32,000 nucleotides of DNA. Origin: Candidatus Electronema halotolerans (GTDB lineage: Bacteria > Desulfobacterota > Desulfobulbia > Desulfobulbales > Desulfobulbaceae). The stretch's first letter is position 1, and each line of letters begins with the position of its first letter. This document shows, in pieces, positions 26,151 to 32,000 of this stretch. The position numbers and the translations under genes are program-made. The stretch is taken from the NCBI GenBank assembly GCA_942493095.1, contig OW818675.1, positions 1,830,001 through 1,862,000 on the forward strand, in the 5' to 3' direction. Below the pieces are notes generated by a model that was given only the letters and a program-made list of their open reading frames with translations, was not told the DNA's origin and made no database searches.

Positions 26151-26558
26151 GTGCGCATTTCCCTGCAATATTTGATTCAGCCTGTCATGACTTCTGAAGA
26201 ATTCAGCCGCTATCGCAAAAAACTCAACAAAACCCAGAAATCACTGTCCAAGCTGCTGGGGGTCTCTCTGAAGGCCGTGCAGAGCTACGAGCAGGGCTGG
26301 CGGTCAGTGCCGCTGCATATAGAGCGCAAGCTGCTTTTCTTGGTCGTCAATCAACGCCGGGATGACTCCTCAAAACGAAAAGAGTGCTGGATGCTGAAGA
26401 AATGCAACTGCAAAAAGGAATGTCCGGCCTGGGAATTTCAAGCCGGGCATCTTTGCTGGTTTCTCAACGGCACGCTTTGTGAATGCACATCCGGTAAAGA
26501 AGGCAAAGAAAAGATGGAAATCTGCCGCGAATGCGACGTGCTGACCTCGCTGCTCTGA
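26151..26558 (+). CDS. XRE-type HTH protein with C-terminal cysteine-rich (two-CW-like) domain
   Basis: EFSRYRKKLNKTQKSLSKLLGVSLKAVQSYEQGWRSVP then KECWMLKKCNCKKECPAWEFQAGHLCWFLNGTLCEC...KMEICRECDV. The start may be ATG 26187 rather than GTG 26151. Confidence 0.8.
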   Translation: MRISLQYLIQPVMTSEEFSRYRKKLNKTQKSLSKLLGVSLKAVQSYEQGWRSVPLHIERKLLFLVVNQRRDDSSKRKECWMLKKCNCKKECPAWEFQAGHLCWFLNGTLCECTSGKEGKEKMEICRECDVLTSLL

Positions 26559-26564
26559 TCCTTT

Positions 26565-26867
26565 TCATCCTGCTGCATTCGTTTTCTGCCGCAACGTGAT
26601 GAGTTGCAGCACAGTGCGACTCATCATTTCCTCTGCATCACCTTCCCAGTCTCCGGCTTGAGAACAGCTATTTTCCGCCGCCGCTGACCGCCCTTGCTGT
26701 CCGCGCATTCCTGCTCCTGCCCTTTCAGATGCGCATTCTCCCTCTGGCAGCATCACCAATCTTCCTGCCGCTACGTCATCCGCATAAGCTCTGGACATGC
26801 TCTGATGGCCGCCCGCAAAACAGATATGCGTCCTGCTGTCTTTAAAATATTTTAATATCAGATACAT
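26565..26867 (-). CDS. Dubious hypothetical ORF (100 aa)
   Basis: ORF only, no recognisable motif and no good RBS. Confidence 0.2.
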   Translation of the reverse strand: MYLILKYFKDSRTHICFAGGHQSMSRAYADDVAAGRLVMLPEGECASERAGAGMRGQQGRSAAAENSCSQAGDWEGDAEEMMSRTVLQLITLRQKTNAAG

Positions 26868-27017
26868 GGAAAAAGCATGCGCTGATTATGCGAATTCACT
26901 GTTGCTCATCCTGAACCGTATCATATATTATGACTGCATGAAGACCATTATACTGCAAAGCACGAAAGGCTGCATGCTCTGCTGAGACACCGCTGTTTTT
27001 TCCCTGCAAGAGAACGC

Positions 27018-28751
27018 ATGACCAACCGAACCATCCTGCGCCGCCTGCGGGAGACACTTCGTCCCTACGGCAGCAAGCTGCTTGTCGCGATGACCGCAAT
27101 GGTTGTCGTGGCCCTGTTCAATGCGGTGCAGGCCTACATGGTCCAGCCGCTCTTGGACAAGATATTTTACGAAAAAAATGCCAGTTGGCTGACCGTCCTG
27201 CCGCTGGCCCTGCTGGTGATTTTTTTTATCAAAGGGATCTTTTATTTTTTTTATTCGTATCTGCTCGAATGGGTGGGGCAGTCGGTGATCAAAGACCTGC
27301 GCAAGGCCATTTACAGTCATCTGCACGAGCTGTCCATGAGTTTTTTCTATAAAAATTCCACGGGCGAGCTGATTTCCCGGATCATGAATGACGTGGCCAT
27401 GCTCCAAGGCACGGTCTCGCATGCCCTGATCTACATTCTCCGCGATTTTTTCACTGTCCTTGGCCTGCTGGCAGTGATCTTTTACATGGACTGGCGGCTG
27501 GCCATGCTCTCGCTGATCTTCATCCCCATGGCCGCAGTGCCGATTGTGATTTTCGGCAAAAAATTCCGCCGGATCAGCACCAGCTACCAGCAGGGCATGG
27601 GCGAGGCCAGCGATTTTCTCAACGAGACCATCCGGGGCATCCGCATCGTCAAGGCCTTCTGCACCGAGAAGCAGGAACAGACCCGCTTTGCCGCCAAAAT
27701 GGAGCAGCTCTTCGAGACCCTGATGAGCGAGACCCGCTACCGCAGCCTTTCCCACCCGATGATCGAATTCCTCGGCGGCATCGGCATGGCCCTGATCATC
27801 TGGTTTGGTGGAAACGAAGTGCTGAAAGGCCATTCCACGCCCGGCACCTTCATGGCCTTTCTCACCGCCTTGGTCATGCTCTATGAGCCGGTCAAAGGGG
27901 TGAGCAAGCTCAACTCGACCATTCAATCCGGTTTGGCAGGAGCGGTTCGGATTTTTGCCCTGCTCGACATTGAGCCGGAGATCAAGGAAAAGACCCGACC
28001 AACAACCCTGCCGCCTTTCCAAGGCGCAATAGAGTTTCGCGAGGTCAGTTTCGCCTATCAGCCCGGCGAACTGGTCCTGCACAAGATCAATTTGCATATC
28101 AGACAAGGCGAGATAATTGCCTTGGTCGGGCCGTCTGGCGGCGGCAAAAGCTCCTTGGCCAGCCTCCTGCCCCGCTTTCATGATGTCTGTGAAGGAGCAG
28201 TTCTGATCGACGGCCATGACATCCGCGACCTGAGCCTGCATTCTCTGCGCAGCCAGATTGCCATTGTCACGCAGCAAACAATTTTGTTCAATGATACGGT
28301 GCGCAGTAATATTGCTTACGGCAGTCCTGACTGCACTGAGGAAGATGTCTGCCGGGCTGCAGACGCGGCTTTCGCCTTGGATTTCATTGAAGACTTCCCG
28401 GAAGGTTTTGACACCATGATCGGCGAGTCCGGGGTGCGGCTCTCCGGCGGCCAGCAGCAGCGGATTTCCATTGCTCGCGCCATTCTCAAAAATGCGCCTA
28501 TTCTCATCTTGGACGAGGCCACTTCCGCCTTAGACACTGAATCAGAACGCAAGGTGCAGCAGGCCCTTGACAATCTGATGAAAAATCGCACCACCTTGGT
28601 CATTGCCCACCGCCTCTCGACCATCAAAAATGCGGACCGGATTGTGGTCATGCAGGAGGGACGGCTGGCAGAGGAAGGCAGCCATGCGCAGCTGCTGGTT
28701 TTGGGCGGCATCTACAAAGGGCTGCACTCCATGCAGCATGCCGAACAATGA
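27018..28751 (+). CDS. msbA: Lipid A export ABC transporter ATP-binding/permease
   Basis: 577 aa half-transporter; TM domain then ALVGPSGGGKSSLASLLPRFHD, ESGVRLSGGQQQRISIARAILKNAPILILDEATSALD. Confidence 0.92.
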   Translation: MTNRTILRRLRETLRPYGSKLLVAMTAMVVVALFNAVQAYMVQPLLDKIFYEKNASWLTVLPLALLVIFFIKGIFYFFYSYLLEWVGQSVIKDLRKAIYSHLHELSMSFFYKNSTGELISRIMNDVAMLQGTVSHALIYILRDFFTVLGLLAVIFYMDWRLAMLSLIFIPMAAVPIVIFGKKFRRISTSYQQGMGEASDFLNETIRGIRIVKAFCTEKQEQTRFAAKMEQLFETLMSETRYRSLSHPMIEFLGGIGMALIIWFGGNEVLKGHSTPGTFMAFLTALVMLYEPVKGVSKLNSTIQSGLAGAVRIFALLDIEPEIKEKTRPTTLPPFQGAIEFREVSFAYQPGELVLHKINLHIRQGEIIALVGPSGGGKSSLASLLPRFHDVCEGAVLIDGHDIRDLSLHSLRSQIAIVTQQTILFNDTVRSNIAYGSPDCTEEDVCRAADAAFALDFIEDFPEGFDTMIGESGVRLSGGQQQRISIARAILKNAPILILDEATSALDTESERKVQQALDNLMKNRTTLVIAHRLSTIKNADRIVVMQEGRLAEEGSHAQLLVLGGIYKGLHSMQHAEQ

Positions 28752-31213
28752 TTAGCTGGCGGAAAATTCAGGCGGGCGCAGGCCAAGTCAATAGCTGGCT
28801 GCCCGGTCTGCTGGCTTTTGTCCTGCCGCTTTCCACCTCAGCAGTGACTGTTGTCGCCCTGCTGATCCTGCTGCTCTGGCTGATCGAAGGCAATTTCTGG
28901 GAAAAATGCGCGGAAACCGCGTTCACTCCGGTGGCAGTGACAGTTCTGCTCTATCTTGCCCTGCTCTGTCTGGGCCTGCTCTGGACAGCCAACCCAGCAG
29001 AGGGTTTTACTGTGCTCCAAGATCATTGGAAAATTGCCCTGCTGCCAGTTTTTCTCACCACTGTCCGCTTTGAACGGCGGTCGTTCTATATCGGCTCTTT
29101 TCTCGCCGGAATGACAGCAGCCATGCTGCTCACCTATTTAGCTTGGTTCGGCCTGCTGCGCTATGCGGATGTCAGCCCCACCCATCTGACTCCCAAGACC
29201 TTTCATGTTGTCTATAATCCGCTGCTGGCCTTTGCCATCTATTTAACGCTCCATGAAGCCCTATGGGGCGGACGCGCAGGCAGGCGGCGGACAGCTCTTT
29301 TTGCCTTGGCCGGGCTGATGAGCTTCAACATGTTCATCACCGAAGGCCGCACTGGCCAGGCTGTTTTTTTTGTCCTCAGCAGCCTGCTTCTTTTGCAGAT
29401 TTTCACCAAGAACCGCTTCCGGGCCGTCTTGGCGGTCTGTCTTCTCCTGCCCGCAGGAGGGGCAGTCTGTTATTTGGCCAGCCCGGTCTTTCAACAGCGG
29501 GTTGATTTGGCTCTGCGGGAAATTTCAGATTTTCAGGAAGACCCGAACACCTCAGTCGGTCTGCGGCTGCAATTCTGCGAAAATTCATGCAGTCTTTTTC
29601 TCCGGCATCCTTGTCTGGGAGTCGGCACCGGTGATTTCCGGGCCGCCTACGCTGAAATCAATCGGCAGCAAAGCCCGCAGGTCATTGCCACCGACAACCC
29701 GCATAATCAGTATCTGTTAAGCGCGGTCATGCTCGGCCTGCCCGGCCTGCTGGCCCTGCTGCTCATTTTTGCCGCCATGTTCTTTCAGACCCGCACCGAT
29801 GAAGACCGCAGGCTGCAACGGGCGCGCCTTGCCTTTCCCCTGTTTTTCTTGGTCATCATGCTGGCTGAGTCGTACTTGAAAGTTTATCAGACCGGCTTTT
29901 TCTTTGCCCTGCTGGCGGCAGTGCTCTATAAAAAACAGCCGGAGCAGAAAGCAGAAGGCCGCTGCTGGCTGATTCTTTCCTACCGGGCCAATATTCCCGG
30001 TTCAGCCTGCTCGCAGCACATTGACGACCGCCTGCCTCATTTCCGGGCGCATGGGATTGAGCCGATTCTACTCACCGGCCCGGCAGGGCGGAAATCCACG
30101 CACTGGCAGCATCACCGCGCCCTGAGCATTGCGCCCTCTGGCATCCGCTTTGAGCTGCGCCATTTTCTCCGCCGTCATCTTCATAAACGCTGGCAGTTCA
30201 AGACCGTGGAGACTCTGCTCCTCCTGCCGGTCCTGCCGTTCTATCTGCTGGAAAAAATCATTGTTAATCTGGAAAGCGAATGGTCGTGGTGCCTGCTTGC
30301 CTCGCTGCGCGGCCTGCTCCTCTGCCGCCGCCTCCAGCCGGAAATGCTCTACTCCACAGGCGGTTCCGCTTCCGCCCATCTGGCCGCCCTGCTGATCAAA
30401 AAATGGACCGGCACCAGCTGGGTGGCCGAAACCCAAGATCCGCTTGTGCATGATGAGGACTGGAGCCGCAGCCGGTTGGTCCTGCTGCTCTATAAAAATC
30501 TGGAGCAACGGATTTGCCGACAGGCCGACTTGTTTGTCTTTCTGGTCCGGGCGGCAATGGAACATTGTCAGCAACGGACTGGAAGCTGCCAGGCAGCCAC
30601 GGTCTATCCAGGGGCGGAGCTGTCTTGGTTTGGCCAGACCCAATATGTCAAAGGCGAACGCTGCCGCTTTGCTCATTTCGGCTCCTTGGCCGGAACCAGA
30701 AATTTATCAGTCTTTTTTCAAGCCTTGGAGCAGGTGGTCAGCCGCAGGCCGGAGCTGCGCAGGCTTGTCCGGGTTGAGGTTTATGGCTCCTTTGACAGCC
30801 TGTCTGCGTGGGAAATGAAACGGCTGCGCCTGTACGATCTTGCTGCCGTGCATGGCCCGGTGCCGAGGCAGGAAGCGGTCGCCAAGATGCAGCAGGCTGA
30901 CTGCCTTCTGCTGATCCAGAACACTATTTATTTTTCCTGCGAGACCATTCCTTCCAAGGTCTATGAGTATCTGCTCACAGGCCGTCCGCTCCTCGGCCTC
31001 CTGCATCACAATCAGGAGCTGGAGGTCATGCTGACTGAAGACGGGCACCGGATTGTACCTGCGGATGACGTGCAGGCAACTGCGGCAGCCATTGAAGCTG
31101 TGCTGGATGACTGGGCTGCTGACCGGCTGCCAAGCAAAGCGGCAGTCAAGACGTGGACTGTTGCCGAGGCGGTGCAAAGGCTGCTTTGTCTGACTGAGCA
31201 CAGATGCAGTTAG
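28748..31213 (+). CDS. Fusion of an O-antigen-ligase-like membrane domain and a GT4-like glycosyltransferase domain
   Basis: 821 aa; N-terminal multi-TM domain with DNPHNQYL (Wzy/WaaL type) to about aa 410; C-terminal GT4-like NLSVFFQALEQV...RVEVYG...GPVPRQEAVAKMQQADCLLLI...PSKVYEYLLTGRPLL. Start overlaps the msbA stop (ATGA). Confidence 0.82.
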   Translation: MISWRKIQAGAGQVNSWLPGLLAFVLPLSTSAVTVVALLILLLWLIEGNFWEKCAETAFTPVAVTVLLYLALLCLGLLWTANPAEGFTVLQDHWKIALLPVFLTTVRFERRSFYIGSFLAGMTAAMLLTYLAWFGLLRYADVSPTHLTPKTFHVVYNPLLAFAIYLTLHEALWGGRAGRRRTALFALAGLMSFNMFITEGRTGQAVFFVLSSLLLLQIFTKNRFRAVLAVCLLLPAGGAVCYLASPVFQQRVDLALREISDFQEDPNTSVGLRLQFCENSCSLFLRHPCLGVGTGDFRAAYAEINRQQSPQVIATDNPHNQYLLSAVMLGLPGLLALLLIFAAMFFQTRTDEDRRLQRARLAFPLFFLVIMLAESYLKVYQTGFFFALLAAVLYKKQPEQKAEGRCWLILSYRANIPGSACSQHIDDRLPHFRAHGIEPILLTGPAGRKSTHWQHHRALSIAPSGIRFELRHFLRRHLHKRWQFKTVETLLLLPVLPFYLLEKIIVNLESEWSWCLLASLRGLLLCRRLQPEMLYSTGGSASAHLAALLIKKWTGTSWVAETQDPLVHDEDWSRSRLVLLLYKNLEQRICRQADLFVFLVRAAMEHCQQRTGSCQAATVYPGAELSWFGQTQYVKGERCRFAHFGSLAGTRNLSVFFQALEQVVSRRPELRRLVRVEVYGSFDSLSAWEMKRLRLYDLAAVHGPVPRQEAVAKMQQADCLLLIQNTIYFSCETIPSKVYEYLLTGRPLLGLLHHNQELEVMLTEDGHRIVPADDVQATAAAIEAVLDDWAADRLPSKAAVKTWTVAEAVQRLLCLTEHRCS

Positions 31214-32000
31214 CCCAGAGCCGCATTCTGATTGTCAAACCCAGCTCGCTTGGTGACATTGTTCACACTCTGCCTGTGGTTCATGCCATCAAGCGCAGCC
31301 TTCCTGATTGCTGCATCGGCTGGATTGTTCAGCAGACGTTCGCCCCGCTGCTGGCGGCAGATGCAAGCATCAATCAGCTTTACCCAATTCAGATACCATC
31401 GACCAGCGAGCCGCAGGCAGGCCGTTTTGCTTGGCAGGCAGCCTTGCGGGCCACGCTGCATACGCTGAAGAAACTCCGGGCGCAGTTCCGGCAGGAGCCG
31501 TATGATTTTGTCCTTGATCTGCACGCCTCTTTCCGCAGCGGCCTGCTGGGACGCTGCAATCCCGGCGGCCTGCGCATCGGTTTCCGTGATGCCAAGGAAT
31601 TGAACACCTTGTTTCAGAATCAGCTCGTGGCCGTGCCAAAGACAGTGCAGCATGCGCAGGCGAAAAATTTGCTCTTTTGTGAGCAGCTCGGCATCAGTCC
31701 GGCAGACGAAGATTTTCATCTCCGCTGCCGCGAAGAAGACCAATCGGCGGCGCAGACCTTTTTGCGCGAACAAGGCGCAGCAGATAAACAAATCATCTAT
31801 GCCAATCCGGCAGCCCGCTGGCAGACGAAATTTTGGCCTGTCGAAAATTGGGCCGCGCTGGCTGATCACTTTGCCGCCCAAGGCAAGGTGCTGATCTTTG
31901 GCGGCAGCGATAAAGAGGCAGAGTATATCGCCGCCATTGCCCGCCTGATGCGCAGCCAGCCAGTGATTGCCGCTGGCCGCCTGAATCTGGCTCAATCCGC
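31204..32000 (+). CDS. GT9 / ADP-heptose:LPS heptosyltransferase-like protein, runs off the window end
   Basis: Own translation from ATG 31204: MQLAQSRILIVKPSSLGDIVHTLPVVHAIKRSLPDCCIGWIVQQTFAPLL...YDFVLDLHASFRSGLLGR...GFRDAKELNTLF...KFWPVENWAALADHF..GKVLIFGGSDKEAEY. Confidence 0.88.
   Translation, partial: MQLAQSRILIVKPSSLGDIVHTLPVVHAIKRSLPDCCIGWIVQQTFAPLLAADASINQLYPIQIPSTSEPQAGRFAWQAALRATLHTLKKLRAQFRQEPYDFVLDLHASFRSGLLGRCNPGGLRIGFRDAKELNTLFQNQLVAVPKTVQHAQAKNLLFCEQLGISPADEDFHLRCREEDQSAAQTFLREQGAADKQIIYANPAARWQTKFWPVENWAALADHFAAQGKVLIFGGSDKEAEYIAAIARLMRSQPVIAAGRLNLAQS

Noticed and set aside
26928-28277. 449-aa minus-strand ORF
   Set aside because: Antisense to msbA; composition is typical of a high-GC shadow frame.

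Overview
The window looks like a chromosomal segment from a Gram-negative bacterium. That lifestyle is inferred from MsbA, an O-antigen-ligase-like protein and an ADP-heptose/LPS glycosyltransferase. Most of it is housekeeping genes: pgi (truncated), a small membrane ORF, rpe, prfC, hisD, pstA/pstC/pstS with an extra 80-aa ORF, a small Hsp20, a PlsC-ACP-AMP-ligase fusion, a pabB-pabC fusion, an OFA-type MFS transporter, rarA, an HTH/two-CW protein, msbA, an O-antigen-ligase/GT4 fusion and a GT9 (truncated). The accessory region is about 12.5-20.3 kb. It holds a 2137-aa secreted Rhs/YD protein with three Ig-like and six NHL-like repeats, whose C-terminus is Gly-rich and shows no recognisable toxin domain. 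Directly behind it is an unlisted 52-aa hydrophobic ORF in AT-rich DNA. Next come a 3' fragment of an IS66-like transposase, a perfect 50-nt palindrome and a decayed Y1/REP-associated transposase gene split by a perfect 42-nt palindrome. A second mobile event is an IS1-like element (24660-25547) in rarA, with about 23-bp terminal inverted repeats and an 8-bp target duplication. rarA also carries an independent 1-nt frameshift. I cannot show that any new system is present. The best candidate is the Rhs tip plus the 52-aa ORF. All family names come from motif recognition, and no database search was run.
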